A DNA stretch of 64,000 bases from Felis catus (Eukaryota), in assembly GCF_018350175.1 (NCBI RefSeq), contig NC_058368.1, positions 111,354,001 to 111,418,000 of the forward strand. The letters run 5' to 3'. This document shows, piece after piece, positions 1-12,575 of this stretch. Under the pieces are notes generated by a model. That model did no database searches. It was not told the origin of the DNA and saw only the letters and a program-made list of their open reading frames with translations. The translations under genes were made by a program, and so were the position numbers. The stretch's first letter is position 1; the number at the start of each line of letters is the position of its first letter.

Positions 1-1095
1 AGTGTTAATTTCTTTTAGCCATACCTAGGTTGCTTGGATTCTGTCCCATGCATGCATGGTTTAGGGTCCACATGTTTGTGCTTGCCTACTCTGTTTCATC
101 TTCTGTTTTCTGGTCCTCAGCTAGTATATTATTCCAAATGTCAAAAATTCCAGTTTCTATTCAAGTTTCACTTGTCCCCCGTGGCTTCCCAAGGCTTTTC
201 CCCAAACAGAAAGTTTAAAGTAAATAAATTGAATCCTGTAATTGCAACTACTGCTAGTGTATTATTCCAAATGTCAAAAATTCCAGTTTCTGCTTGTTTT
301 TAGTCATACTCTTGTGCCTTCAGGTAGGTTTTTTGTGTTTTTTTTTTTTTCTCCCAATATTTTGCCCAGAGTTTATAGTTGCTGTCTGCAAGAGGGTTGG
401 TCCAATAAGAGCTTTTCCTACATTGAGGGATATGTGTGTTTTTTATATAAGTAATAAGGATATTCCCCCCACCCCCACCCCCCCATAATCCCTTGTCTGT
501 ACTTCTCTTATCTCTTTGGTAAAAATTGCATCACATGCTTATGCCTAAATCATTTGTAAGCAAGCAGAATGACTAATGATTCCTAAAGTTTTGCCCTGGC
601 ACCCTTGAGGTTCTCAGAGACTTTAAGGGGTTCATGAGATCAAAAGTATTTGTGTAATAACCTTACTACGTGATTTACCTTTTTACTTTCATTCTGTGTG
701 GCGTGTATAGTGTAGTTTTCTGAAGGCATCATGGCATGTTCTATTGCACCAGATGGGATGCAGAAGATATGAGACTCCAACTATCTTCTGTTACGAGATG
801 CCCCTAAATTTTAATATGTAATTGCTTTTAAGTTATTTTTAAACAAGTTCGTAAGTATTCACAAATTTTCTCAGTTTCTAATACATTGAATATTGATAGA
901 GATGACCTGTGTAAAGTATAGCTCTCTGGGTCTCATCCTCATTAATTTTTACAAAGGAGGCCTTAAGCACAGAAAGTGAATGGGATTGATTCACCTAAAA
1001 GTGAGAATTAGGCTCATCTCTGGTTTGATATATGTGATCATATGTTGGGTGGATAGGTGAACAAATTTGGAGTTCTGTTAAAAAGGAAAAGGGTT

Positions 1096-1329
1096 GGGGC
1101 ACTTGGGTGGCTCAGTTGGTTAAGCATCCGACTTCAGCTCAGGTCATGATCTCACAGTTTGTGAGTTCAAGTCCCACATCAGGCTCTGTGCTGACAGCTC
1201 AGAGCCTGAAGCCTGCTTCAGATTCTGTTGTCATCTCTCTCTGCCCCTTCCCTGCTCCCACACCATCCCTCCCTCCCTCCCTCTTTCCCTTTGTTTCTCA
1301 AATATAAATACACATGAAAAAAAAAAAAA
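1096..1329 (+). mobile_element. Can-SINE (SINEC_Fc-like)
   Basis: tRNA-like head GGGGCAC.TGGGTGGCTCAG, CT tract and A tail. Target-site duplication (TSD) aaaaggaa(a/g)agggtt. Confidence 0.9.
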
Positions 1330-1602
1330 GGAAGAGGGTTAATTGCTGCTGGGCAGGTATCCCATATACTGTGTTTAGCATATTATATTCACTTCATGGA
1401 ATAAAGTATGTGTAGCTGAGTTAGGTAGTCAGGATACCTCAGTTTAAAGTAAAAGTTTTAGTACATTTTAATTTTAAATTTAATTTATATTGGTATTGAC
1501 TTCATTAATTTTTCTTAAGAGACTTTTGGGTTTGGTGTTGGATTCTAGTTATTTTGACATTAGATCCAAATAATTTCTTTAATTCAGTCATTGAAGAGTA
1601 CA

Positions 1603-1820
1603 CTTTTTTTTTTTTTTTTTTTGCTGAGAGAGCAAGGGAGAGACAGAGTGCAAGCAGGGGAGGGGCAGAGAGAGATAGGGAGGCATGGAATCTGAAGCAG
1701 GCTCCAGGCTCTTAGCTGTTAGCACAAAGCCCAGTGCGGGGCTTGAACCCATAAACCGTGAAATCATGACCTGAGCCGAAGTCAGACACTTAACTGACTG
1801 AGCCACCCAGGCAGGTGTCC
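1603..1820 (-). mobile_element. Can-SINE
   Basis: T tail followed by reverse-complement body ending ...tgagccacccagg. Confidence 0.9.
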
Positions 1821-2149
1821 TGAGGAGTATGTTTAAGTTTTAGGTAATAGTATTAATTAGCATTGATATATATTTAGATACTAAGTATTCTGTGTATTTT
1901 AAACTCAGATTTTATATGAAGCCTTAGAATATCTCCTGCTGCCAAAATGAGTTTTTCATGGTTTGAGAATTTACCCCATTCCCTTCTCTAATTACTAGAG
2001 GTTCTCCATCATTAAATCAATTTTCCGTCTGAGTATTTTGTAATAGAACATTTTGGCATTTTATACCCTCCGTTATCACTCACCCTGAGGCTCTTTGGGA
2101 AACATATTTAAGAGAGACCCAGTTCACTGCTTTTTAACCAGTGCATTTC

Positions 2150-2420
2150 AAACTTTAATAGTAATGTGTAATCAGTAACCTAATTATCTTGTTAAAATGC
2201 AAAATCTGAATCAGTAGTTTGGGGTAGGATCTGGCCTGCTTTTCTTTCCTTTCCTTTTCTTTTTTCTTTCTTCTTTTCTCTTTTCTTTTCTTCTCTTTTC
2301 TTTTCTTTATCTCTTTTTCTTTCTCTCTCTCTTTCTCTTTTTTTTCTGAGATTCTGCATTTCTGACAACGTCCCATGTGATGTTGCTTCTGGTCCTCGGA
2401 CAAAACTGAGTAGCAAGGCT
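2150..2420. mobile_element. MER5-like hAT DNA transposon relic interrupted by a (TTTTC/TC) tract at about 2240-2345
   Basis: gttaaaatgca...ctgaatcagtag and gattctgcatttct...gagtagcaagg resemble the MER5 consensus as I recall it. Confidence 0.6.
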
Positions 2421-2806
2421 CTAATAACCTATAGGAGAAGGAGAAAGATCTGAAGAATCCTGTTACTGTAGGCTGAATGTACCTGCCTTTTCTTGTTTTA
2501 CCCCATAAATAGGTTAAGTATAGGTTAATGAATCTGAGATGGGGTTTCTGCTATTATAATCCATATTCACAAGAAAGGAGGCAAAACAACATATTTGGAA
2601 TATTCATCAATGAGTTAATAGCAGTAGCTTTTGATCTGGCCATTAAATTTCTTTAGTGTTTTATTTCAGTATTGTAGTTGGTAGATGCTTGGTCATTGTA
2701 AGTTGTGTTTATTCTTTACTCTGCATTTAACTTATTTCTGTGTCAGATGAAGTGAACAATTTAAATGCAGTATGTGGTTTTACATTTTTTGTTTGTTTAC
2801 TTGCAG

Positions 2807-3000
2807 GCATTGATCAATATGACAGAGATAGCATCATAAATGACTTCAAGAATGGGACCTGCAAACTTCTCGTAGCCACTTCTGTTGCTGCCCGAGGTTT
2901 AGATGTGAAACATCTGATTCTTGTAGTAAATTACAGCTGCCCCAACCATTATGAGGATTATGTGCACAGAGCGGGAAGGACTGGAAGAGCAGGCAATAAA
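2807..3000 (+). CDS. DDX46: DDX46 internal exon, helicase C-terminal (RecA2) domain; gene begins upstream of window
   Basis: Acceptor ttgcag|, donor |gtaaaa. Encodes (G)[64 protein letters not shown], with DEAD-box motif V (ARGLD) and motif VI (HRAGRTGR). Confidence 0.97.
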
Positions 3001-3515
3001 GTAAAAAGAACTTTTTAAAGTTGATTTCCATTGTATTAATAAAATACAGGTTTTTTTTGTTTGTTTGTTTAGGGTTATAAGGAGTAGATAATAGGAGTTA
3101 ACATAAACATTTTGAAAATCTTCAATCATCAGAGTATGGGGATTAGTTGATGTTCATCATTTCTATACACAGTATTATTAAAGTTATTGATAATTAGCTG
3201 TTCTCTTTAGGCAGATAGTGTTATTTATGTCTTTTAGTTTTTTTTTTCCCTTGCTTAAAAATTTCTGTATACGTTTTTACATGCATGTATATAGTTTGAG
3301 ATTTGTCATTGCTATTTTTAAAATGTGGGATTATAAAATGTACTCCTACCGAAATTGTTACCCTTTTTCTCATTATTCCCCTGTCCTGCTTCATACACTA
3401 TGTATATTTCTTGGTTTTTTAACTCACTTATAGTCTGGTAACTATATAGGTCTAACTCATTCTTTTTGAAGGCAGCAAGCAGAATATTCTGTTGTTGGAA
3501 ACCTTGATGGTGATT

Positions 3516-3735
3516 GGGGCGCCTGGGTGGCTCGTTCGGTTGGGTGTCTGACTTTGGCTCAGGTCATGATCTCACTGTTCCTGAGTTTGGGCTTCTTGTT
3601 GGGCTCTGTGCTAACAGCTCAGAGCCTGGAGCCTCTTTCAGATTCTGTGTCTTTCTCTCTCTGTCTCTGCCCCACTGCCACTCGTGCTCTTTCCTCCCTC
3701 TCAAAAATAAATAAACATTAAAAAAAAGAAAAAGA
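3516..3735 (+). mobile_element. Can-SINE
   Basis: ggggcgcctgggtggctc head and AATAAA/A tail. Confidence 0.9.
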
Positions 3736-3800
3736 AATACTGATGATGGTATGATCATCTATTTGATTTTCCATTCCTGGACATTTCTACATACTGAGGC

Positions 3801-3831
<31 letters not shown>

Positions 3832-4644
3832 TATTTATGGAGTACTTATTGAATGCCAGGAACAATTTTCATTGCTTTACATAAATCATCTCACTTCATC
3901 CTCACAATTTCCCTTTGAGGTGAGTAATACCATTTAATAGATAAGAAAAGTTAAGGTACATAGAAGTTAACTTACTTGCCCAGCTTACACAGCTAATACA
4001 TAGTGATGGCTTTTATTGATTTAACCTGAGTTATTCTGTGGTTATGGGAAACTTTGTGTAAAATTATGTGCACGTACAAACCTTAAAATAATGTGATACT
4101 ATTCTTAGCACATGGACAGCACAAAAGCAGGCCATGGGTCATGTGGTGACTCGATATTCCTGAAATACAGTGTTAAACCATGTTTTACAATTCATAAAAG
4201 TTTTCTGGTAGGGACACAGTGTATGTGAAGACAGTCTGATTGTGGTGTGCCATTCTACTCCCAACTCTCTTGCTTGAACCAAAAAGCTGCTAGGGAAATG
4301 TGAAATCTTAGGCTTTAGAAAACCCCAGGGAGGCTATATAGCTGACTTCATTTTTGTATGTAAAAACACATTACACATACACAAACAAATGTTTTTATAT
4401 CTCTTACTGGTCTTAAACAATATGCAGAGGGAGAAATATGTGGGAAGCTGTGTCCTAGCAAGTGAATACAAGTTAGTTGGGGTAGAGAGGTGCAGTAGGT
4501 AGTGTAGGAAGGGAATGCAAGCGAAAGGGGGAAAAATAATGTATTATATTAAAATTAATGTGTATGACAGTGCAATTACACGTTTATATAAAATTGAATT
4601 TCTGTTTATGCATCAAGAAATGAGTTTCTGGTATGCTTATTTTT

Positions 4645-5323
4645 ATTTTTAATTTTTTAAAAAAATATTTATTAATTTGTGAGAGAGAGGGTGACGGAAC
4701 ATGAGCAGGGGAGGAACAGAGAGAGAGGGAGACACAGAATCTGAAGCAGGCTCCAGGCTCTGAGCTGTCAGCACAGATCCCGACTTGGGACTTGAGCTCA
4801 CGAACTGTGAAATTATGATCTGAGCTAAAGTCGGACGCTTAACTGACTGAGCCACCCAGGAGCCCCTAATTTTTTTTTTAGATGTTTATTTATTATTATT
4901 TTTTTTTTTAATTTTTTTTTTTTTCGACGTTTATTTATTTTTGGGACAGAGAGAGGCAGAGCATGAACGGGGAGGGGCAGAGAGAGAGAGGGAGACACAG
5001 AATCGGAAACAGGCTCCAGGCTCCGAGCCATCAGCCCAGAGCCTGACGTGGGGCTCGAACTCACGGACCGTGAGATCGTGACCTGGCTGAAGTCGGACGC
5101 TTAACCGACTGCGCCACCCAGGCGCCCCAGATGTTTATTTATTTTTGAGAGAGAGAGTGTGTGTGAGGGGAGGAGGGGCAGAGAGAGACACACAGAATCT
5201 GAAGCAGAATGCAGGCTCTGAGCTGTTAACACAGAGCCCCACAGGAGCTCGAACTCATGGACTGAGAGATCATGACCTGAGCTGAAGTCGGACTCTTAAC
5301 CGACTGAGCTACCCTGGTGCCCT
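4645..5323 (-). mobile_element. Cluster of three tandem/nested Can-SINEs
   Basis: Three bodies at about 4645-4866, 4895-5128 and 5129-5323. TSD agatgtttatttatt flanks the middle copy. Confidence 0.9.
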
Positions 5324-5438
5324 ATGAAGTCACTCTTAAGAAGATCTATTATTAGATGATTCTACTTTTATGTTGTGATCTGAGTAAGAGTCATCTTGTT
5401 AGTGTCTAATAGTTCTCTTTTTTTTCATCATTCATTAG

Positions 5439-5576
5439 GGTTATGCGTATACTTTTATCACAGAAGATCAAGCTCGCTATGCTGGTGACATAATTAAAGC
5501 TCTTGAATTGTCAGGAACTGCGGTGCCTTCTGATCTGGAGAAACTTTGGAGTGATTTCAAAGATCAGCAGAAAGCT
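5439..5576 (+). CDS. DDX46: DDX46 internal exon
   Basis: ttcattag| ... |gtgagt; 138 bp, in frame. Encodes GYAYTFITEDQARYAGDIIKALELSGTAVPSDLEKLWSDFKDQQKA. Confidence 0.96.
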
Positions 5577-5898
5577 GTGAGTTTTTTCCAATTCCCATTA
5601 TCTTTATGCAGGTCATTATTGTGTTGTAAACCTTGAATATTTTATACTTGTAAACCTTGATAAGGTAACTTTATCTCTTTAGAGAGGGAAAAGGAATGAC
5701 AACAAAATCCTCCCTTTTGCTTCAACTCCATGTTTTGTATCATACTGAAGAGTTCTTTTTTTGTTCTCATGCTAGATGAAATGTTTTTGATACATTGGTA
5801 TGTGCTACCTTGAAAAATACTTAATTACTCCTAAATTCCTAAACATTAAAGTTTTTTTTTTTTAGTATGAAATTAACTGTTTTGTTTTTCCTTGAAAG

Positions 5899-6048
5899 GA
5901 AGGGAAAATAATTAAAAAGAGTAGTGGGTTCTCTGGTAAGGGATTCAAGTTTGATGAAACAGAACAAGCTTTGGCCAATGAGAGGAAGAAGTTGCAAAAA
6001 GCAGCTCTCGGTTTGCAAGATTCAGATGATGAGGACGCTGCAGTCGAT
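5899..6048 (+). CDS. DDX46: DDX46 internal exon
   Basis: ttgaaag| ... |gtaagt; 150 bp. Encodes EGKIIKKSSGFSGKGFKFDETEQALANERKKLQKAALGLQDSDDEDAAVD. Confidence 0.96.
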
Positions 6049-6722
6049 GTAAGTGCCATTTTTCTGAGCCCCGTTCTTGCTGATTGAAACATTGTTGCTT
6101 CCCCCCCACCCCAGGTTTATTTGTTGAGATAGCCAGTTGTTGGAAACCTTTCTGATATGTGCCCTTCCCAGCCTTTACTCTTTCTCTCCCTCTCTCCCTT
6201 TCTCCCTTTCTCTCCCTCCCTCCTTCTCTTTCTCCTTTTCTCCCTCTCTCTATTCACATATGCCCTGCCCATATTATGTATATTCATAAAAATGAGGTCA
6301 TACTGCTTTATAACCACCTTTACAACAACAGTCTTATGTTGAAATCTTCTCATTTTAGTAAATTCATTCTCATTATTCTTAATTTTGAATATGTGGGTTT
6401 CTGTATGTTCATATTTGGAATATACTTTACTGTCATAAACTGTACTTCACTGCTTGTCCTTGTACATTTAATTTTGTACATTCTTTAGATTAAGTTTTGA
6501 GGTTGAGTGTGTACATGGAATTGCTCTCCCAAAGGGTGTATCTAATTTGGTTCTGAAACATTTTCAGACTGTCCTCCTGCAAAGTGAATACCAGTTTGGC
6601 GTTCGCTGTGGTGGTGTATAAGAGTGCCTGGCTCCCCACATCTTTAACAACATCAGTGCTAATATTTTTATTTTTAAAAATTTAATCATTATAGGTTATC
6701 CTCATTAACAATAATAGTTAGC

Positions 6723-7048
6723 AGGGTGCTTGGCTGGCTCATTTGGCAGAGAATACATGACTCTTGATCTTGGGGTCATGAGTTCAGTCCCCACATTGGG
6801 TTTAGAAATTACTTTAAAAAAATAAAATAATACAGGGCGCCTGGGTGGCTCAGTCAGTTGAGCATCTGACTCTTGATTTCAGCCCAGGTCATGATCTCAC
6901 AGTTCATAGGTTCGAGCCCTGTGTTGGGCTCTGTGCTGACAGGGTGGAACCTGCTTGGGATTCTGTCTCTCTCTGCCCCTCCCCTGCTCTCTCAAGCTCT
7001 CTCTGTCTCTGTCTCTCTCTTAAAATAAATAAATAAACTTAAAAAAAT
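6723..7048 (+). mobile_element. Short Can-SINE followed by a full Can-SINE
   Basis: Two tRNA-like heads (6723, 6834), each with an A-rich tail. Confidence 0.85.
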
Positions 7049-7497
7049 CAGTAATAGCATTTTTTGAGCATTACTAAGTGCTGTGCACGGTGTCAAGTGC
7101 TTTACAGGGATTGTTTCATTTACTTCACAGTAGCCAGACAAGGTAGATACTCAAGAATATTCCCATTTTATAATTGAGGAGACCCATTCCATTCTTATTT
7201 CAGAGACCATGGTCCTAGCTTATGTTATTATTTGTGACCCAGTGAGTAAAGGGGACCTTAAGGACTCAGCAAGGTCAGGATTTCACAGAGTATTGTTTGG
7301 AACCCAAATCCCAGGAGCTTGAGCTTTAGAAGAAGATGTTTTCATTATAAAGTGATTTTGGAAAATATTAGTGTGTACCACTAAGTAGGATTAGCATATT
7401 GAAGTATGTGTAAAGTCCTCAAGTCAAGAAGCTTATTTACCTTTGTTTAACAAATCCTCCATGATATTTGATCTTTGATCTTAGAACTTTTTTTTTT

Positions 7498-8018
7498 TAA
7501 TTTTTTTTTTTTAACGTTTATTTATTTTTGAGACAGAGAGAGACAGAGCATGAAAGGGGGAGGGTCAGAGAGAGAGGGAGACACAGAATCTGAAACAGGC
7601 TCCAGGCTCTGAGCGGTCAGCACAGAGCCCGACGCGGGGCTCGAACTCACGGAGTGTGAGGTCGTGACCTGAGCTGAAGTCGGCCGCTTAACCGACTGAG
7701 CCACCCAGGCGCCCCAGAACTTTTTTTTTTTTTTTTTTACTCTATTAAACTTTACCTCAGTCAATTTCAGAAATCAGGAATTCAGGGGCCCCTGGGTGGC
7801 TCAGTCGGTTAAGCGGCCGACTTCGGCTCAGGTCGCGATCTTGCGGTCCGCGAGTTCGAGCCCCGCATTGGGCTCTGGGCTGATGGCTCAGAGCCTGGAG
7901 CCTGCTTCGGATTCTGTGTCTCCCTCTCTCTCTGCCCCTCCCCCGTTCATGCTGTGTCTCTCTCTGTCTCAAAAATAAATAAACGTTAAAAATTAAAAAA
8001 AAGAAAAAAGAAAAAAAA
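7498..8018. mobile_element. Head-to-head pair of young Can-SINEs (- then +)
   Basis: Copies at 7498-7715 (-) and 7785-8018 (+), with TSDs agaactttttttttt and agaaatcaggaattca. Confidence 0.92.
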
Positions 8019-8189
8019 AGAAATCAGGAATTCATTTTTATCTTATCATTTGAGGAAGTGGAAGCCCAGAAAAAGGATTTGGCCCACAACCACATTGTTA
8101 AGCACAGCAAGGACCAGACCCCAGATCTCTCATTAATCCTAGGCCATTTCTTTCTAGGATACCATACTGGCTTAAAACTTAATTAAATC

Positions 8190-8660
8190 AGTGTTTTAGT
8201 TACTTATTGGTTATGCTGTAGCAAGTTGATCCACAGCCTAGTAGTTTCAAACAACATTTATTCTCTCACATTTCCTTTGGGTTAGCAAATCAGGAGCAGT
8301 TACACTGGTAGTTTTGGCTTAGGGTCTCATTGCGATTGCAGTAATGCTATTATCCTGGGCTGTAGTCATTTGAAGGCTTGACTGACAGAGGACCATTTTC
8401 TTTCAGAAGTCAGAGTCACTGTGATGTTGGCAGGGTACCTCTGTTCTTTACTCTGCCTATGTGTCCTCACAATATGGCCCCTGGCTTCTCCCAAAGTGAG
8501 TGATCTGAGATGGCAAAGAGGAAGCCTTAGGGCCTTTTATGATTAATCTGTAAAGCTCTACTCTGGCACTACTACTTGTATTCTGTCTGTTGAAAATAAG
8601 TTACTAAGTCCAGCCCACATTCAAGGAGAGCATCTCCTTTTGAAGGGGAAGAGTATTAAA
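8190..8660. mobile_element. MLT1-like (ERVL-MaLR) LTR relic
   Basis: aaacaacatttattctctcac...agggtctca...ttgcagt...gaaggcttgactg resembles MLT1 LTRs as I recall them. Confidence 0.55.
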
Positions 8661-8679
8661 GAATTTATGGACTTGTTTT

Positions 8680-9076
8680 ATTATTTTTTTTTTAGTGTTT
8701 ATTTTTGAGAGCAAGAAAGACAAGGGTGTGAATAGGGGAGGGGCAGAGAGGGAGACACAGAATCTGAAGCGGGATCCAGGCCCTGAGCTGTCAACACAGA
8801 GCCCAACTCGGGGCTCGAACTCAAAGAACCGCAAGATCATGACCTGAAGAATTTATGGCCTTGTTTTAAACTCACCTCAGTTTTTTTATGATACTTTGAA
8901 CATTTTTTTTTTTAATCTCATATGAAATATGTCGATTGATTCCTTGGTTAATTTTTATAAACAACTTAAAGTACTAAAGTGAATAAAAGCTAGCATCATA
9001 CACAGTACTCGTTGTTGATTTTGTGTGTTTTGGAATTTAATGCCATGTATCTTTTTTTTTAAGTTTATTTATTTAT

Positions 9077-9128
<52 letters not shown>

Positions 9129-10181
9129 TCCCAAGCAGGCTCTGCACTGTCAGCACAGAGCCTGATATGGAGCTCAAACTCATGAACTGTGAGATCATGA
9201 TCTGAGCTAAAACCCAAGAGCCGGACGCTTAACCGACTGAGCCCCCCCGGGCTCCCCATCCTATTTAATTTAAAAGTTTTATTCTTTTGGGGTGCCTAGG
9301 TGTCTCAGTTGGTTAAGCGTCCGACTTGCTCAGGTCATGATCTCACAGTTTGTGAGTTAAAGCCCTGTGTTGGGCTCTGTGCTGACGGTTTGGAGCCTGG
9401 AGCCTGTTTTAGATTCTGTGTCTCCCCCTGTCTCTGCCCCTCCCCAGCTCATACTCTTTCTCTCTCTCAAAAATAAACATTAAAAAAAAAAATAAGATAT
9501 TCACTTGAATGTTAAGTTTATATTAGTTGATAACTAAAACTCCTTGTTAGATAACAAGTATTATAAAAGGAAGTTAAGTTGATTGTTTTGATTTCAAAGA
9601 ACTTTGTAAGTTAACACAGTTAATTTTTAAAACCCTAAACAAGTTCTGCTCTCCATTTGAGTTTTACCAGATAAGGCCTTATTAGCCTACCTTAAATATA
9701 TAAAGGGATTTAAATCTCTGTAGTTGGCATAGTCAGTAGTCATTGTTGGGCAGAAGACATTATTAAAAGGAAATGCAAATAGCTTATGAAGTAGATATGT
9801 CAAGCTTCAGTATGACACAGTGGCAGTTGGACTCATGTGGCTCCTGGAGAGCTGAGGTGTTCACCCATTGTTCTTGCTTTGATAGGGAAACCAACCTTCC
9901 TTTTTTCCTGTTTTTTAGTTCAAAAGGAATAAAGCAATAAAACCTTCTTTTCTGATTCTTTTAACCAGAGGTTTTTTTGTTTTTCCTAAATGTTTTACTT
10001 ATTTTTGAAAGAGAGAGCGCACAAACGGGAGTAGAAAGAGAGGGAGACACAGAGTGCGAAGCATTCTCCAGGTTCCGAGCTGTCAGTGCAGAGCCTGACT
10101 TTGGGCTCGAACCCACAAGCCTTGAGATCATGACCTAAACCAAAGTCGGTTGCTCAACCAACTGAGACACCCAGGCATCCC
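8680..10181. mobile_element. Four Can-SINEs (8680-8846 -, truncated; 9052-9257 -; 9289-9492 +; 9972-10181 -)
   Basis: Consensus heads and bodies. (GA)n expansion at 9080-9122. Confidence 0.85.
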
Positions 10182-10781
10182 TGTTAACCAGTTTTTAAGG
10201 CAGAACCATTTACATTTTAGAATTTGGGGAGGATTTTGGGAGCCCCACCATAGGAACATGTACTATTCTCCCTGAGAACTATTAACTGTATTTTTAGTGG
10301 CCCACTGACCTGGAGTTACTGCCCTTTTTCCAACCTATCACTGCAATTTAATTTGGCCTCAAGGCCTGAGCCTTGAAGCATCTCAGCTGCATCCTGTTGG
10401 ATGCTCTGTCTTGACACCACATGTTTCTCACTTGCTGAACTAGGATGTATTTTCTGGACCGCTTGGGAGTCTGCTTAACTGGTTCACATAGTGTTGTATT
10501 TCTGTTTTCTTTCCCTGCCCTCCCCTCTCCTCCCTTTCCCATTCTATTTTGTTTGTTTGTTTGTTTTTTTCCTGCCATAGATAACTGAATTTTTAAAATG
10601 AAATATGCCACTCTTAACAAATAGCTGATATATTTTCCTGTTGATCTGTGTGGTTGAATTAACATAAATACAACTGTCTTATTCTAGTCATTTGATGGAA
10701 ATATTCTTTATTAGTTTCTGTAGATATATCTGAATTTGCATTTTTAATCTAATTTTTATTAATCCCTTTTTTATTGTTTAG

Positions 10782-10955
10782 ATTGATGAACAAATTGAAA
10801 GTATGTTTAATTCAAAGAAGAGAGTAAAAGATATGGCTGCTCCTGGAACATCTAGTGTTCCTGCTCCAACTGCGGGAAATGCTGAGAAATTAGAAATAGC
10901 TAAGAGACTGGCTCTTAGAATCAATGCTCAGAAGAATTTGGGCATTGAGTCTCAG
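10782..10955 (+). CDS. DDX46: DDX46 internal exon
   Basis: tgtttag| ... CAG|gtatta; 174 bp. Encodes IDEQIESMFNSKKRVKDMAAPG...RINAQKNLGIESQ. Confidence 0.95.
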
Positions 10956-12233
10956 GTATTAAGTAATTTGTTCCGAGTTTTACTGAGTACTTTTTATGTC
11001 AGCACCAGTGAACAGATTGTCGTAGACATTGAGTTAGTGGGAATTTAACATTAATCTAAATACAGAATTCTTTAAATATTGCATTTGGATGATTCCTCTA
11101 GTATGGTTAACTGAGGTCTTAATGCCTATTTTGAAAGCCCTAACTGAAGCATGTTAGCTGTAGATAGTTTTTCTAAAGTAATATTCCGATTGATCTTACC
11201 AAAATGTTACAGAAATAACTCACTTTTTATTTCTTGATCCACTTTTATTGGGTGGGGTGTTGGGCACACAAACAATTCCTTGGAAATAGAAATACGTAGT
11301 TACATAACTCATAATAACATGAGCTTAAAACTGGAAAATGTGTTAAATATTTCACATGCCATCTTTCTCTTGGGGGCTTTTTTATTAATTTTTAAAAATT
11401 ATTAATTTTTAATTAAGAGTAAATTTTCATAGTATTCCCAAAGAATAGTCTGTTAATTATAAAACTGTTTTGAAGATTTTGAGGTTTTGGATCAGCAGGG
11501 CCCTCTGTCCAGCAGGCTGGATCGGTTCAGGACTGTAGCACCCTGTAAGTTGGGAGGACCAAGCCAGAGGGAGGCTAGTGGACTGACTCAGTGAGGCAGC
11601 CAGGATCAAGGCTTACAGCCTCAGGTTTCTGTATTTGTTTTGTTGAGCCAGTGAGTTACCATGAAATGTCTACTACACTGAAGCCTGTACTTCCTCTGAA
11701 AACAGGGGTTGTAGCACCTAATCTAATATCCTCTGGAATTCTTACTGCTAATAACTCGTTACTGCTGAAACCAAATAGCTACACCTTCTTACTGTTAGAA
11801 AAGTGTGAGGTATGAGTCATGTATTACCCACAGAATTCTGTCCACATTAGACACATAGTAAAATTAGGTTCAAATTAAAAAGATTTAAGTGCAAAATAAA
11901 ATTAAAAAGTAAGTCAATCACTTACTATAATTTATTGAATTTTGGGTTTGCTATGATGGCAGGAAGGAGCTCAGTGGTGGTAGTAGACAAAGATTCTAAT
12001 TTAGAAGAATATCTTAAGAGCCACAAAATATATAAATGATTTTAGAATATTGTACTATATTTGATATCAACAGTTACATAATTCTCTATGATCCAGTAGA
12101 ATTTTCAATAAAGAGTTGAATGTTCTTTATTTTTTTTCATGAAAATAAGGGATATAGATATATTAAACTATTGGTTATAAATATGTGCTGTTAATTGCAC
12201 ATGAGTAGAACTCTGCATTAGAAACACGCTTCT

Positions 12234-12342
12234 GGAGACACCTGTGTGGCTCAGTCGGTTACGTGTCCGTCTCTTGATCTTGGGGTCATGAATTGAAGCC
12301 CTGTGTTGGACTCCTTGCTATGTGTAGAGCCTACTTAAAGAA

Positions 12343-12387
<45 letters not shown>

Positions 12388-12480
12388 GGAAGGAAGAAAG
12401 AAAGGAGGGGAGAGAAGAAGGAAGGAAGGAAGAAAGAAAAAGAAAAGAAAAAAGAGAACGGGAAAAGGAAAAGAAAGATT
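12234..12480 (+). mobile_element. Short Can-SINE with expanded purine (GA/GGAA/GAAAA) tail
   Basis: cctgtgtggctcagtcggtt head, then a near-pure purine tract at 12337-12478. Confidence 0.8.
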
Positions 12481-12575
12481 AGTTAGTGGCTTTTCAGAGA
12501 AAAATTTGTGGTAGGATCCCAGATCTTGTCTCTGCCCTCATTTGAGATTTGACTGTAGGTCTTCTTTTACTGCAG

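Noticed and set aside
1096..1180. tRNA-like A/B boxes at SINE heads
   Set aside because: Part of tRNA-derived SINEs, with no complete cloverleaf. I recognised no true tRNA, snoRNA or rRNA gene in the window.
12553..12558. Upstream ctgtag as an alternative DDX46 acceptor
   Set aside because: It lies 17 nt upstream, would shift the frame, and has no pyrimidine tract before it.
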